From the NCBI GenBank assembly GCA_965116475.1, contig OZ220691.1, positions 3,556,670 through 3,620,669 of the forward strand: a stretch of DNA of 64,000 bases, in the 5' to 3' direction. Below the pieces are notes generated by a model. That model did not search any database, was not told the DNA's origin, and saw nothing but the letters and a program-made list of their open reading frames with translations. This document shows positions 47,181 to 58,296 of the stretch, piece by piece (within the stretch, counting starts at the first letter, position 1; each line of letters begins with the position of its first letter). This DNA comes from Gemmatimonadota bacterium (GTDB lineage: Bacteria > Gemmatimonadota > Gemmatimonadetes > Palauibacterales > Palauibacteraceae). A program made the translations under genes and the position numbers.

Positions 47181-49670
47181 ATGAACTACAACTTTACGGA
47201 TCGTGTTCGGAAAGTGCTCGCCATGGCGCGCGAGGAGGCCATCCGCCTCAAGCACGATTACGTGGGCACGGAGCACATCCTCCTCGGCCTGATTCGTGAA
47301 GGCGAGGGTGTAGCCGCCGCGGTTCTGGCCAACCTGTCCGCAGACCTCGACGAGTTGAAGCGGCTCGTGGAGGGGAACATCCGGTCGGGGAAGAGCAGTT
47401 CGTCGATCGGCGAACTCCCCTACACGACGCAGGCGAAGAACGTGCTCGAGCACGCAATGGCCGAGACCGAGGAGCTCAACCACACCTACGTGGGCACGGA
47501 GCACCTCCTGCTCGGCCTCCTCCGGCAGGAGAAGGGACTCGCGGCGAAGGTGCTCGGCGAGGCCGGCATCGGGCTCGACGGGGCGCGGGCCGAGACGCTG
47601 AAGCTGCTCGGGACGGACATGCCGGCCGGCGGCACGCCCGCCGCGGCCTCCGTTTCGGATCCCGCGAGTTCGTCCGGCAAGAAGGGCGACAAGAAGTCGA
47701 AGACTCCGGCGCTGGATCATTTCTGCCGCGATCTCACGCAGCTCGCAAGACAGGGGAAGCTCGACCCGACGATCGGGCGGCTGGGCGAGATCGAACGCAT
47801 GATGGAGGTCCTGTCGCGCCGCAAGAAGAACAATCCCGTGCTCATCGGCGAGCCGGGCGTGGGCAAGACGGCGATCGTCGAAGGGCTCGCCCAGGCGATC
47901 CAGCGGGGCGACGTGCCGGACAGCCTGAAGCGGCACCGCGTCCTTGCGCTCGACATGGCGGCGGTCATCGCCGGCACCAAGTACCGGGGCCAGTTCGAGG
48001 AGCGCCTCAAGGCGATCGTCAACGAGACCTCGCAGGCGAAGGGCGTCATCCTCTTCATCGACGAACTGCACACGCTCGTCGGCGCTGGCGCGGCGGAAGG
48101 CGCGATCGACGCGTCGAACATGCTCAAGCCGGCCCTCTCCCGCGGAGAGCTGCAGTGCGTTGGCGCTTCCACGCTGAACGAGTACCGGAAGTACATCGAG
48201 AAGGACGGGGCGCTCGAACGCCGCTTCCAGACCGTAATCGTCGAAGCTCCGACCATCGATGAGACCGTCGAGATCCTTCAGGGCCTGCGGAAGTACTACG
48301 AGGACCACCACAACGTGGAGATCCCGGATGCGTCGCTTTCCGCCGCCGCCCGGCTGGCGGAGCGCTACATCACGGACCGCTTCCTGCCGGACAAGGCCAT
48401 CGACGTGATCGATGAGGCGGGCGCGCGGTCGAGACTCGCCGCGCAGGTGCCGCCGGCCGAGGTGCAGGAGTTCCACACGAAGCTCGAGGAACTCGCGGAG
48501 TGGAAGGACGCGGCGATCAGCGACCAGGACTTCGAGCGCGCCGCCTACCTGAGGGACCGCGAGAAGGAGGTTCAGGAGGAGATCAAACGCCGGCGCGACG
48601 AATGGGAGCGCGCGCGCGCCGAGTTCCGTCCCACGGTCGACGAGGACGATATCGCCTTCATCGTGGGCCGCTGGACGGGGATCCCCGTGACCCGGCTGCG
48701 GGAGGCGGAGACGGACCGCCTGCTCCGCATGGAGGACGAACTGCATGAGAGCATCGTCGGACAGGACGAGGCCATCGAGGCGGTGAGTCGCGCCATCCGT
48801 CGCGGGCGGGCGGGCCTGAAGGACCCCGACCGCCCCATCGGGAGCTTCATCTTCTGCGGGCCGACGGGCGTGGGGAAGACGGAACTGGCGCGGGCGCTGG
48901 CGCGCTTCCTGTTCGCGGAGGAAAGCGCGCTCGTGCGCGTCGACATGTCGGAGTACATGGAGAAGTTCTCCGTGAGCCGTCTCATCGGCGCTCCGCCGGG
49001 CTACATCGGCTACGAGGACTCCGGCGCGCTCACGAAGGCCATCCGGCGGCGGCCCTACAGCGTCGTCCTGCTCGACGAGATCGAAAAGGCGCATCCCGAC
49101 GTCTTCAACATCCTCCTCCAGGTGCTCGACGAGGGCCGGCTCACGGACAACTACGGCCGGGTCATCGACTTCAAGAACACCGTGGTCATCATGACGTCGA
49201 ACGTAGGCAGCCGGGACATCGGCACCTCGACGCGGGTGGGGTTCACGGAAGACAACGACGGGATCGACTACGACCGGATCCGGGAACGGGTCTCGGACGA
49301 GATCGAACGCGTGTTCACGCCCGAATTCCTGAACCGGGTCGAAGAGACGATCGTCTTCCATCCGCTGTCGAAGGAGCAACTGGGAGAGATCGTGCACATC
49401 CAGCTCAGGGACGTGCAGAAGCGTCTCGCGGAGGAGAGGCTCGAACTCGAGCTGACCGATGCGGCGATCCGGTTCCTGGTGGACCGCGGCTATGACGAGA
49501 AGTTCGGGGCGCGCCCGCTCAAGCGGACGATTCAGCGGCACGTCGAGGATGCGCTCTCCGAGCGGATCCTGATGGCCGATTTCGAGCCCGGCGACCGGAT
49601 CCGGGTGGACATCGCCGACGACGAGGACAGCCTGGTGTTCGCCACGCCCACGACGTCCTCGGCGAAGTGA
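47181..49670 (+). CDS. clpC: ATP-dependent Clp protease ATPase subunit
   Basis: Clp N-repeats, [11 protein letters not shown] middle domain, [15 protein letters not shown]. Confidence 0.97.
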   Translation: MNYNFTDRVRKVLAMAREEAIRLKHDYVGTEHILLGLIREGEGVAAAVLANLSADLDELKRLVEGNIRSGKSSSSIGELPYTTQAKNVLEHAMAETEELNHTYVGTEHLLLGLLRQEKGLAAKVLGEAGIGLDGARAETLKLLGTDMPAGGTPAAASVSDPASSSGKKGDKKSKTPALDHFCRDLTQLARQGKLDPTIGRLGEIERMMEVLSRRKKNNPVLIGEPGVGKTAIVEGLAQAIQRGDVPDSLKRHRVLALDMAAVIAGTKYRGQFEERLKAIVNETSQAKGVILFIDELHTLVGAGAAEGAIDASNMLKPALSRGELQCVGASTLNEYRKYIEKDGALERRFQTVIVEAPTIDETVEILQGLRKYYEDHHNVEIPDASLSAAARLAERYITDRFLPDKAIDVIDEAGARSRLAAQVPPAEVQEFHTKLEELAEWKDAAISDQDFERAAYLRDREKEVQEEIKRRRDEWERARAEFRPTVDEDDIAFIVGRWTGIPVTRLREAETDRLLRMEDELHESIVGQDEAIEAVSRAIRRGRAGLKDPDRPIGSFIFCGPTGVGKTELARALARFLFAEESALVRVDMSEYMEKFSVSRLIGAPPGYIGYEDSGALTKAIRRRPYSVVLLDEIEKAHPDVFNILLQVLDEGRLTDNYGRVIDFKNTVVIMTSNVGSRDIGTSTRVGFTEDNDGIDYDRIRERVSDEIERVFTPEFLNRVEETIVFHPLSKEQLGEIVHIQLRDVQKRLAEERLELELTDAAIRFLVDRGYDEKFGARPLKRTIQRHVEDALSERILMADFEPGDRIRVDIADDEDSLVFATPTTSSAK

Positions 49671-52096
49671 ACCGCTGGCGGCCGCCTGCCGGCGCGGCGG
49701 GCGGACTGTGGCTGACGGGCCTGGTGCTCGGGCTCGCCGCGGTGCAGCCGGCGGCGGGGCAGATCCAGCTCGACCAGTCGTCGGTCCGCGTCGATTCCGT
49801 CGTGGTCGTGGGGAATCAGCGCCACTCCGCGAACATCATCATCACCCGCAGCGGTCTCCGCGCGGGCAACGTCGTGCGCCAGCCGCAGATCCAGGACGCG
49901 ATCCGCCGCCTGTTCGGCTCCGGGGACTTCTCTGATGTCGAGATCGGAGTCGTGGAGTCGGACGACCCCGAGCGCGGCGTGTTCTACATCCGCGTGGAGG
50001 AACGGCCCTACATCACGCAGTACGCGTTCCGGGGACTGGAACGGGTGGACGAAGATGTCATCCGCGACACGATCGGTCTCGCGCAGAACAGTCCGCTCGA
50101 CCCCAGTCGGATCGGGCGGGCCCGCGTCACGCTCCTCGAGCTGCTGTCGAACGAGGGATTCCCGACGGCGAGCGTGGATACGCTCATCCGTCCGGACCCG
50201 GCGTTTCCTTCGGACCTGCTTGTCGTGTTCGATGTGAACGAGGGGCCGCGGCTCGGGATCACCGCGATCACGTTCGAGGGGAACGATGCCTTTACGGACG
50301 CGGAACTCCGGGCGTCGATGGCCACGGACGAGGAGGGGTTCTTCTGGTTCGATTCGGGCGAACTCAAGCGGGATGAGTTCCGCCGCGACCTGACGGAGCG
50401 GCTCCCGGAGTTCTACCGCGCGAACGGCTATCTCGACTTCGAGGTCCTCGGGGACACGGTCATCTCGGACCGCGTCACCGGGAAGGGCCGGATCGAGATC
50501 CGGGTGGCGGAGGGCGCCCAGTATCTCCTCGAGGACCTCAGGATCACGGGCAACCGCGCCTTCCCGCTCGCGACGATCGAGCCGATCGTCCGCCGCGGCC
50601 AGCATGAAGCCGAAGGGGACGAGGAGTACCCTCCCTTCAACTTCACCGCCTTCTACGCTTCGCCGGCGGACCTCGGGGACCTGTACCGCAACAACGGATA
50701 CCTCGGGTCCCGCGTCACGCCGGACGTGCGGCGCGTGGACGTCCCCGAGGGCGAGGCGCCGCGGGTCAGGGCCCATCTCGTCATCCAGGAAGGCGCGCGG
50801 AGCTATATCCGCGAGATCGCCATCGAGGGGAACACGGCCACGCACGACCGCGTGATCCGGAACCGTCTGCTCATCTTCCCCGGGGACGTGTACTCGCAGG
50901 AGCGCCTGATCCAGTCGTTCCAGAACATCCAGGGGCTGAACTTCTTCGAGCCGCTGCCGCCGGACGAGGCGATCGACATCCGCCCGCGCCCGGACGGGGA
51001 CATCGACATCTCCCTGCGCGTCCAGGAGAAGCAGACGGGGACGCTCAACTTCGGGATCACGGCCTCCGGCTACACGGGACTCGCGGGGTTCATCGGCTAT
51101 ACGCAGCCGAACCTCTTCGGTCTCGCGAAGACGGGAAGCTTCCGCTGGATCTTCGGCCGCCGGCAGCGGGACCTCGACATCAGCTACTCCGATCCGGAAC
51201 TCCTCGGAAGCCACTACTCCGCGAACGTCTCACTTCGGGATTCGCGCGATCAGTTCACCGGCTTCAGCCTCGGGGACCGCCGCCAGAGGGGCGGCCTGAC
51301 GGAGGTCGGCATCCCCATCTTCGGGATTCGGAACACGCGCGTCTTCGTGGGCTACTCGCTGTTCGACGACGACGTGCGGGGACTGGACACGACGAACGTG
51401 ATCGGGCGGCGTTTCTCGCTCTTCTCCGGTCTGCGCTCCACGCTGTCCGGGCGCTTGGTGCAGGACAGCCGGAACAATCCGCTGTTCGCGACGGCCGGCG
51501 CCCGCAACCAGCTCGCGTTCCGGCAAACGGGCGGCTTCCTGGGAGGCGACGGGAACTACCAGAAGCTCGACTTGACGAGCGAATGGTTCGTGCCGGTGGG
51601 CCGGCTCGGCGGAGGGCCGGGGAGCACGAGCCCTCCCATCGAACTCACCTTCGGCCTCAGCTTCGAGGCGGGGCTCATCCTGGGCCGGAATCCGTTCTTC
51701 ACCGAACGCTACTACGCGGGCGGCACGCAGGCGGGGATCCAGTTACGAGGGTACGACGAAGCCTCGATTACACCGTCGGGGCACATCCCGGACAACGCCC
51801 CCTTCAGCGACCTCGACCGCGTGGGCGAGTCGTTCTTCCGGACCGGGGTGACTTTCGGGATCAAGCTCACGAGCAGCATTTTCATGAGCGCCTTCATGGA
51901 CGCGGGGAACGTCTGGCTGGACGCCAGCCAGCTCAACCCGACGGATCTCCTGGTGGGGGCGGGGATCGGAGCGAGTCTCGTGACGCCGTTCGGTCCGCTG
52001 GGCCTCGACTACGCATACGGGTTCGACCGGCGCGATGTCCTGGGCCGGCCGGATCCGGGTTGGCAGTTGCACTTCAAGTTCGGACGTGTGTTCTGA
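49667..52096 (+). CDS. bamA: Outer membrane protein assembly factor
   Basis: POTRA repeats, PNLFG, LRGY, TPFGPL..DY, C-terminal Phe. Confidence 0.96.
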   Translation: MNRWRPPAGAAGGLWLTGLVLGLAAVQPAAGQIQLDQSSVRVDSVVVVGNQRHSANIIITRSGLRAGNVVRQPQIQDAIRRLFGSGDFSDVEIGVVESDDPERGVFYIRVEERPYITQYAFRGLERVDEDVIRDTIGLAQNSPLDPSRIGRARVTLLELLSNEGFPTASVDTLIRPDPAFPSDLLVVFDVNEGPRLGITAITFEGNDAFTDAELRASMATDEEGFFWFDSGELKRDEFRRDLTERLPEFYRANGYLDFEVLGDTVISDRVTGKGRIEIRVAEGAQYLLEDLRITGNRAFPLATIEPIVRRGQHEAEGDEEYPPFNFTAFYASPADLGDLYRNNGYLGSRVTPDVRRVDVPEGEAPRVRAHLVIQEGARSYIREIAIEGNTATHDRVIRNRLLIFPGDVYSQERLIQSFQNIQGLNFFEPLPPDEAIDIRPRPDGDIDISLRVQEKQTGTLNFGITASGYTGLAGFIGYTQPNLFGLAKTGSFRWIFGRRQRDLDISYSDPELLGSHYSANVSLRDSRDQFTGFSLGDRRQRGGLTEVGIPIFGIRNTRVFVGYSLFDDDVRGLDTTNVIGRRFSLFSGLRSTLSGRLVQDSRNNPLFATAGARNQLAFRQTGGFLGGDGNYQKLDLTSEWFVPVGRLGGGPGSTSPPIELTFGLSFEAGLILGRNPFFTERYYAGGTQAGIQLRGYDEASITPSGHIPDNAPFSDLDRVGESFFRTGVTFGIKLTSSIFMSAFMDAGNVWLDASQLNPTDLLVGAGIGASLVTPFGPLGLDYAYGFDRRDVLGRPDPGWQLHFKFGRVF

Positions 52097-52114
52097 ACCG
52101 AGAGGGATACCGAC

Positions 52115-52759
52115 ATGAACTGGATCCACAGGGGCGCGGGGCGGCCGGCGGTAAGCGCGGCGGTGAGCGCGGCCATGCGCGCGGCCGGGTGCGCGCTCGC
52201 GCTCGGCGCGCTGCTCGCGGGCCCTCTGGCCGGGCAGGAGCCGCCGGGGGCGCCACCGGTACTCGAAACCGTCCCGCTGCCCCCCGAGGGGACGCCGATC
52301 GTCTACGTGAACACGCAGGCGATCCTTCCGGTCGCGCCCGGCGCCGATTCGGCCGGCGCGGCATTTCAGCGGCTTTCCGTCGAGTTCGAGGATGAACTCG
52401 GGGCCTTCGCGGCGGAGATCGACTCGCTCATCGGGGCGTACCAGCAGCAGCAGTCCCTTCTCGATCCGGCGGGTCGCCAGCAGAAGGAGCAGGAGATCCG
52501 CGACAAGCAGCAGGAGGCGTCCACGAGGCAGCAGGAGCTGAACGTGGAGCTGGACCGGCGGCGCGCGGAACTGCTCGAACCGATCGTGGTGCGCGTGAAC
52601 GAGGTGATCGAGGAGATCCGGGCGGAACGCGGCTACTCGGTTGTGCTCGACGTCGCCGCGGGCCTGGTGGCGGCGGACCCGTCGCTCGACATCACCACCT
52701 CCGTGCTCGAGCGTCTCGGGGTGGACCTCGCCTCCCTCTCGGCCCCGCCCGGCAGCTAG
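52115..52759 (+). CDS. skp: OmpH/Skp periplasmic chaperone
   Basis: Signal peptide, IVYVN, coiled coil, GYSVVLD..DIT; lies after bamA. Confidence 0.92.
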   Translation: MNWIHRGAGRPAVSAAVSAAMRAAGCALALGALLAGPLAGQEPPGAPPVLETVPLPPEGTPIVYVNTQAILPVAPGADSAGAAFQRLSVEFEDELGAFAAEIDSLIGAYQQQQSLLDPAGRQQKEQEIRDKQQEASTRQQELNVELDRRRAELLEPIVVRVNEVIEEIRAERGYSVVLDVAAGLVAADPSLDITTSVLERLGVDLASLSAPPGS

Positions 52760-52812
52760 CGGCCCGCGGCGGCTAGCCTCCGGCGCGTCGCAGCTCCGGC
52801 TCCGTTCCCCGA

Positions 52813-53886
52813 ATGCCGGCGTTCACGGTCTCCGATCTTGCCCGCCGCGTGGGCGCGGATGTGCTGGGTGACCCCGACCGCCGCTTGACCGGAGTCGCCT
52901 CGCTCGACGTGGCCGGTCCGGACGACCTCGCCTTCTTCGCCCGCGAAGCGCTGCGGGAGGCCGTCCGCGGGACGCGGGCGGGGGCGGTGCTGACCCCGCG
53001 CGGCTTCGAACCCCGCGGCCTCGGGTTCAGCGTCCTCAAGGTCGACGACCCCCAGCTCTCCTTCGCCACGATCGTGCGGCTGTTTCATCCGGAGCCGGAG
53101 CCGCCGCCGGGGATCCACCCAACCGCCCGCATCGGCGAGGGAACGCGCATCGGGGAGGGGGTGGCGCTGGGCCCGGGCGCGGTGGTGGAGGACGGGGCCC
53201 GGATCGGGCGCGGGACGTGGGTGGGACCCGGAACGCTCATCGGCCGCGGGGCCCGGGTCGGGGCCGACTGCCGCCTCGGCCACGCCGTCTCCATCCTGGA
53301 CGGCGTCGAGCTGGGCGACCGGGTGCGCGTGCACGCCGGGGCGCGTATCGGGACCGACGGCTTCGGCTACGTGCCGGGGCCGGACGGCGCGCGCAAGGTA
53401 CCGCAGATCGGCGGCTGCGTGATCGGCGCCGACGTCGAGATCGGGGCGAACTGCACCATCGACCGCGGCGCGCTCGACGACACGCGGATCGGTGACCGGA
53501 CCAAGCTCGATAACCTCGTGCACGTGGCGCACAACGTGCTCATCGGGAGCGATTGCCTCATCGCGGCGCACGTCGGCATCGCGGGGAGCTGCGAGATCGG
53601 CGCCGGCACGCAGTTCGGCGGCCAGGCCGGCGTGGCCGGGCACCTGACGATCGGCGCCGGCGCCCGCATCGCGGGCCAGACGGGCGTGGTTCAGGACGTG
53701 CCGCCCGGAGCCGAGATCGGAGGGACGCCCGCCCGCCCGCAGCGGTCGTGGCTGAAGGAGGCCGCGTACCTGGCCCGGCTGCCGGACCTCTTCCATCGCG
53801 TCGCGCGGCTCGAGCGGCGGGCGGGCGCCGGCGACGGCCGGCGTCGCGGGCGGGGGCGGGGCGGATCGGACGACGGCGGCGCTTGA
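52813..53886 (+). CDS. lpxD: UDP-3-O-acyl-glucosamine N-acyltransferase
   Basis: Hexapeptide repeats, GTDGFGY, IDRGA, KLDNLVHVAHN. Confidence 0.96.
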   Translation: MPAFTVSDLARRVGADVLGDPDRRLTGVASLDVAGPDDLAFFAREALREAVRGTRAGAVLTPRGFEPRGLGFSVLKVDDPQLSFATIVRLFHPEPEPPPGIHPTARIGEGTRIGEGVALGPGAVVEDGARIGRGTWVGPGTLIGRGARVGADCRLGHAVSILDGVELGDRVRVHAGARIGTDGFGYVPGPDGARKVPQIGGCVIGADVEIGANCTIDRGALDDTRIGDRTKLDNLVHVAHNVLIGSDCLIAAHVGIAGSCEIGAGTQFGGQAGVAGHLTIGAGARIAGQTGVVQDVPPGAEIGGTPARPQRSWLKEAAYLARLPDLFHRVARLERRAGAGDGRRRGRGRGGSDDGGA

Positions 53887-54737
53887 CGGCGCCACAGCGC
53901 ACGATCGCGCGGGCCGTGGAGATCCGTGGGTACGGCATACACACCGGCGAGCCCTCGGTCGTCACGCTCCGTCCCGCACCCGAGCACGGCGGTCTGCGCT
54001 TCCGCCGCACGGATCTCCCCGGCTCACCGGAGATCCCGGCCACGGTGGACTCCGTGCACTCGGCCCACCGCGAGACCGCCCTCCGGAGGGGCCATGCCGT
54101 GGTGCGCACGGCCGAGCACGTGCTCGCGGCGGCGCACGGGCTCGCGCTCGACAACCTGTGGATCGACGTCTCCGGGCCGGAACCTCCGGCGCTCGACGGG
54201 AGCGCGGCCGCGTGGTGCGAGCGGCTGCTGGATGCCGGGCCCGTCGCGCAGGAAGCGGAGGCGCCCCGCTTCCGGATCGACCGTCCGCTGCGCCTGGAGA
54301 TCGGCGAGACCCGGTACGAGGTCCTGCCCGCGGAGGCCGGCCGCGTCTCGGCGACGATCGACTTCGACCATCCCCTCATCGGGCGTCAATCCGCAAGCGC
54401 GCCGCTGGAGCCGGCGGCGTTCGCGCGGGAGATCGCGCCGGCCCGGACCTTCGGCCTGTCGGAATGGGCGGCGGCGCTGCGGGAGCGGGGACTCGCGCTC
54501 GGGGCGACGCGCGAAAACACGCTCGTCCTCTCCGGAGACGGACTTGAAGCCGGGCAGGAACTCCGCTTCCCGGATGAGTTCGTGCGCCACAAGATCCTGG
54601 ACATCATCGGCGACCTCGCACTCGTGGGCGCGAGGCTGCAATGTCATGTGGTCGCGGAGCGGCCGGGACATCACGGCAATCTGGAACTCGCCCGCCGGCT
54701 GGCAGCCCGTCACCGGGGAGCCGGGTCGAGGGAGTAA
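53883..54737 (+). CDS. lpxC: UDP-3-O-acyl-GlcNAc deacetylase
   Basis: QRTI..GIHTG, TAEHVLAA, DGSA, APARTF, RHKILDIIGDL. TTG start. Confidence 0.96.
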   Translation: MTAPQRTIARAVEIRGYGIHTGEPSVVTLRPAPEHGGLRFRRTDLPGSPEIPATVDSVHSAHRETALRRGHAVVRTAEHVLAAAHGLALDNLWIDVSGPEPPALDGSAAAWCERLLDAGPVAQEAEAPRFRIDRPLRLEIGETRYEVLPAEAGRVSATIDFDHPLIGRQSASAPLEPAAFAREIAPARTFGLSEWAAALRERGLALGATRENTLVLSGDGLEAGQELRFPDEFVRHKILDIIGDLALVGARLQCHVVAERPGHHGNLELARRLAARHRGAGSRE

Positions 54738-54758
54738 CGAGACGAACGGGGAAGGGTG

Positions 54759-55187
54759 ATGGACGTCACCGAAATACTGAATATCCTCCCGCACCGGTAC
54801 CCGATGCTCCTGGTGGACCGCGTGCTCGAGATCGAGCCGGGGCAGCGGATCGTCGGCCTGAAGAACGTGAGCGCGAACGAACCGTTCTTCGCCGGGCATT
54901 TTCCGGGCCGTCCGGTCATGCCCGGGGTGCTCATCATCGAGGCCCTGGCCCAGTGCGGGGGCGTCCTGTTGATGAGCGGCCTCGAGAATCCGGAGGACAA
55001 GGTCATCTACTTCCTGTCGGTGGATGGCGTGAAGTTCCGGCGGCCCGTCATCCCCGGAGACCAGTTGATCCTCGAACTCGACCTCGTTCAGGGGCGGGCG
55101 AAGCGCGGGAAGCTGAAGGGGATCGCACGGGTCGACGGAAGGGTCGCGGCGGAGGCCACGATTCTCGGACAGGTCATGGACCGGTGA
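54759..55187 (+). CDS. fabZ: 3-hydroxyacyl-ACP dehydratase
   Basis: LPHRYPMLLVD, GHFP..PVMPGVLIIEALAQ. Confidence 0.97.
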   Translation: MDVTEILNILPHRYPMLLVDRVLEIEPGQRIVGLKNVSANEPFFAGHFPGRPVMPGVLIIEALAQCGGVLLMSGLENPEDKVIYFLSVDGVKFRRPVIPGDQLILELDLVQGRAKRGKLKGIARVDGRVAAEATILGQVMDR

Positions 55188-56038
55188 CCTCGGCGGGCTA
55201 CGCTCCGGGGCGCCATGCGACGGCGGTCGTCGACGCGTCGGCACGCATCGCATCCAGCGCCACCGTGGGCCCGTACACGGTGATCGGCCCCGACGTGGAG
55301 GTCGGCGAACGGGTACGGATCGGCCCGCATGTCCTCATCGAACGGGATACGCGCGTGGCCGAGGATGTGCGCATCGCGAAAGGGGCCGTCCTGGGTTCGG
55401 ATCCGCAGGACCTCAAATACGCGGGGGAACGCACCTTTCTCGAGATCGGGCCCCGCACCGTCGTGCGCGAATTCACGACGCTGAACCGGGGGACGGCCGC
55501 CAGCGGCCTGACGTCGGTCGGAGCGGACACGCTCGTGATGGCCTACGTGCACATCGCCCACGACTGCCTCATCGGAGATCGCGTCGTGCTGGCGAACGGC
55601 GTGACCATGGGGGGACACGTCGAGATCGGGGACTGGGGGATCGTCGGGGGGCTGACCGGCATCCACCAGTTCACGCGCATCGGCCGGCACGCGATGGTCG
55701 GAGGAGGCGCGCGCGTCTCGCGCGACGTCGCACCGTACACCCTCGTCGGGGGAGGCCGGACCCGCACGTACGGCGTCAACCGCATCGGCCTCGAACGCCG
55801 GGGATTCGAGCCGGATGCCATTCGCGCCCTCCAGGGCGCGTACCGGACGATCTTTCGGTCGGGTGAACCCCTTCGGGCGAGTCTCGACCGCGTCCGGCAG
55901 GGCGACATGACCCCGGAGGTGCGGGAACTCGTGGATTTCATCCGCGATTCCGAACGTGGCGTGACCCCAACCCGCGTCGGACCGGACGACGATCTGCCGC
56001 CCGAGCCGCGCGAGGCGACGAGCCGGTCGGCGGTGTGA
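55184..56038 (+). CDS. lpxA: UDP-GlcNAc acyltransferase
   Basis: PQDLKY, REFTTLNRGT, HIAHDC, IHQF. Confidence 0.96.
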   Translation: MTSAGYAPGRHATAVVDASARIASSATVGPYTVIGPDVEVGERVRIGPHVLIERDTRVAEDVRIAKGAVLGSDPQDLKYAGERTFLEIGPRTVVREFTTLNRGTAASGLTSVGADTLVMAYVHIAHDCLIGDRVVLANGVTMGGHVEIGDWGIVGGLTGIHQFTRIGRHAMVGGGARVSRDVAPYTLVGGGRTRTYGVNRIGLERRGFEPDAIRALQGAYRTIFRSGEPLRASLDRVRQGDMTPEVRELVDFIRDSERGVTPTRVGPDDDLPPEPREATSRSAV

Positions 56039-57009
56039 GCCGGATCCCGGCCGGCGTCGTCGGCGTCGGGAGGCTGGGAGCCCAGCACGCCCGGCTCCTG
56101 GCGCACAGCGACGCGTTCGAGTTGGAGGGGGTCCACGACCGATCGGCCAGGCGGGCGAAGGAGGTCGCGGACGCGCTGTCCGTGCCGGCTTTCAGGGAGG
56201 CGGAGACGCTGCTCGACCGGGTCGAAGCCGTCGTCATCGCGGTCCCCACCGTGGCGCACCGCGAGGCGGCGGTCGCCGCGATCCGGGCGGGCTGCCACGT
56301 GCTGGTCGAGAAGCCGCTCGCCGCGAGCCTCGCCGAGGCGGACGAGATCCTCGCGCTCGCCCAGGAGGAGGGCGTCGTCCTCGGAGTGGGACACGTCGAG
56401 CGCTTCAACGGCATCCTCCTCGCCGCGGATCCGTGGCTGGATCGGCCGCGGTTCATCGAGTCGCTGCGCATGGCGCCGTTTCAGGCCCGCGGAGCGGACA
56501 CCACGGTGATCCTGGACCTCATGATCCACGACATCGACCTCGTCCTCACCCTGACGGAGGCGCCCCTGGCGGAGGTCCGCGCGGTGGGCGTACCCGTGAT
56601 TTCCCCCCGGATCGACCTCGCGAACGCACGGCTCTCCTTCGAGGATGGGACGGTGGCGAACATCACCGCGAGCCGCGTGGCGCTGAAGGCGCTGAGGAAG
56701 CTGCGGTTGTTCCAGCGCTCCGGGTACTTCAGCTTGGACCTGGCGGCCGAAACGGGACATCACTACCGGCGGCGCGACCCACGGATCGGGACCGCGGTCG
56801 CGGGAGTCGAGGCCATGGTGGAGCATATCCCGCTCGCGGCTCGCGGCGGCGAGGCACTCGCCCGGGAACTCGAGGCCTTCGCCGACGCGATCTCAGGACG
56901 TCCGAGCCGCCTGGTCTCGGGTCGCGCGGGCAGGGAGGCGCTGCAGGTCGCGATCCGTATCACCCGCGAAATCGAGGAGTTCGTCCATGTCGTTGCTCAA
57001 GATTCGTGA
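56035..57009 (+). CDS. Gfo/Idh/MocA oxidoreductase (GnnA-like by position)
   Basis: GVGRLG, VEKP, GHVERFN, DLMIHDID, ASRV. Confidence 0.9.
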   Translation: MSRIPAGVVGVGRLGAQHARLLAHSDAFELEGVHDRSARRAKEVADALSVPAFREAETLLDRVEAVVIAVPTVAHREAAVAAIRAGCHVLVEKPLAASLAEADEILALAQEEGVVLGVGHVERFNGILLAADPWLDRPRFIESLRMAPFQARGADTTVILDLMIHDIDLVLTLTEAPLAEVRAVGVPVISPRIDLANARLSFEDGTVANITASRVALKALRKLRLFQRSGYFSLDLAAETGHHYRRRDPRIGTAVAGVEAMVEHIPLAARGGEALARELEAFADAISGRPSRLVSGRAGREALQVAIRITREIEEFVHVVAQDS

Positions 57010-57121
57010 GGAGCGGAAGAAGCTCGGAGGCGCGGTCAAGCGGGGACCCCGGACCCTGGTCCTGTTCATCCTCCTTGCGCTCGTCCTCATGCTGATGGCC
57101 TACCTCGGCCGACTGTCCTGA
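56987..57121 (+). CDS. Small single-TM protein (44 aa; not in the ORF track)
   Basis: GAGGAG RBS; MSLLKIREERKKLGGAVKRGPRTLVLFILLALVLMLMAYLGRLS; fills the gap before lpxB. Confidence 0.7.
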   Translation: MSLLKIREERKKLGGAVKRGPRTLVLFILLALVLMLMAYLGRLS

Positions 57122-58296
57122 CCCCGGACACGCCTCCGCGGCCGGCGATCTTCATCTCGGCCGGAGAGTCCTCGGGGGACCACCACGGCGCGGCGGTCGC
57201 ACGGGAGATCCGCGCGAGGCTGCCCGGCGCGAGCCTGTACGGGATCGGCGGCCGCGAGATGGACGCGGCCGGAGTGTCGAGGATCGCCGGGCTGGATGAG
57301 TTGTCGGTCATGGGAGGGACGGAGGTGCTGCGGCGTCTGCCGGATTTCCTTCGACTGGAGCGCCGGATCCGGCGCCTCTTTGCGAGGGAGGACGTGCGGC
57401 TGTTTCTGCCGATCGACTACCCGGGGCTGAACCTGCGACTCGCCCGCGGCGCGCGTCGGCAGGGACGACGCGTTCTCTACTACATCGCGCCGCAGGTGTG
57501 GGCCTGGCGGGAGGGCCGGGCCCGAAAGCTGCGGCGAGACTGCGACCGCGTCCTCACCGTGCTCCCGTTCGAGGCGGCGCTGCTCGAGCGGTATGGCGTG
57601 CGGGCGGAGTTCGTCGGACACCCCCTCCTGGACGCGCCGCGCACTCCCGCAGGCGGCTTCGGGACTCGCGCGACAGCCGGGGCGCACGGGGCCGCGGGGC
57701 CCGGCGCGTCCGGTTCGCGGAGGGTGGTGGGCCTCTTCCCGGGGTCGCGGGCGCAGGAGGTCCGGTACATGCTGCCGGTCTTCGCCGCAGTTGCGCGGCG
57801 ACTCGCGCGGCGGCATCCGGACCTCGACTTCATCGTCGCGCGACCGCCGCATCTCCCGGAATCGCTCTACGCGGAAGCGGGATTGCCGACGACGGGAGCG
57901 CGCGAGGCGACGGAGCGGTCCTGGGCGGCCCTCACCAAGTCCGGCACGATCACGCTCGAACTCGCGCTCGCCGGCGTGCCGATGGTGGTGGGCTACCGCA
58001 TGGGCGCGGTGGAGTGGGCGATCGGCCGCCGGTTGGTGCGCGTTCCCTCCATCGTCCTCGTCAACCTCGTGGCGGAGGCCCCGGTCGTCCCGGAGCTCCT
58101 GCAGGACCGGCTGACGGCCGAACGCGCGGCGACGGCCCTCGAAGCGATCCTCGCCGCGGGGGCGCCGGCGCGGCGCGAGATGCTGCGCGGCTTCAACGTC
58201 GTTCGCGAACGGTTGGGCGAGCCGGGCTGCGCCGCCCGGGTTGCGGAGCACGCGGTCGGCCTCCTGGCGGCGGGCGGGGGCAGCGCGGCGTGCTGA
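57118..58296 (+). CDS. lpxB: Lipid-A-disaccharide synthase
   Basis: IFISAGESSGD upstream of the called ATG, IDYPGLN, PQVWAW, VGHPL, PGSR, KSGT.TLE. Probable CTG start. Confidence 0.96.
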   Translation: MTPDTPPRPAIFISAGESSGDHHGAAVAREIRARLPGASLYGIGGREMDAAGVSRIAGLDELSVMGGTEVLRRLPDFLRLERRIRRLFAREDVRLFLPIDYPGLNLRLARGARRQGRRVLYYIAPQVWAWREGRARKLRRDCDRVLTVLPFEAALLERYGVRAEFVGHPLLDAPRTPAGGFGTRATAGAHGAAGPGASGSRRVVGLFPGSRAQEVRYMLPVFAAVARRLARRHPDLDFIVARPPHLPESLYAEAGLPTTGAREATERSWAALTKSGTITLELALAGVPMVVGYRMGAVEWAIGRRLVRVPSIVLVNLVAEAPVVPELLQDRLTAERAATALEAILAAGAPARREMLRGFNVVRERLGEPGCAARVAEHAVGLLAAGGGSAAC

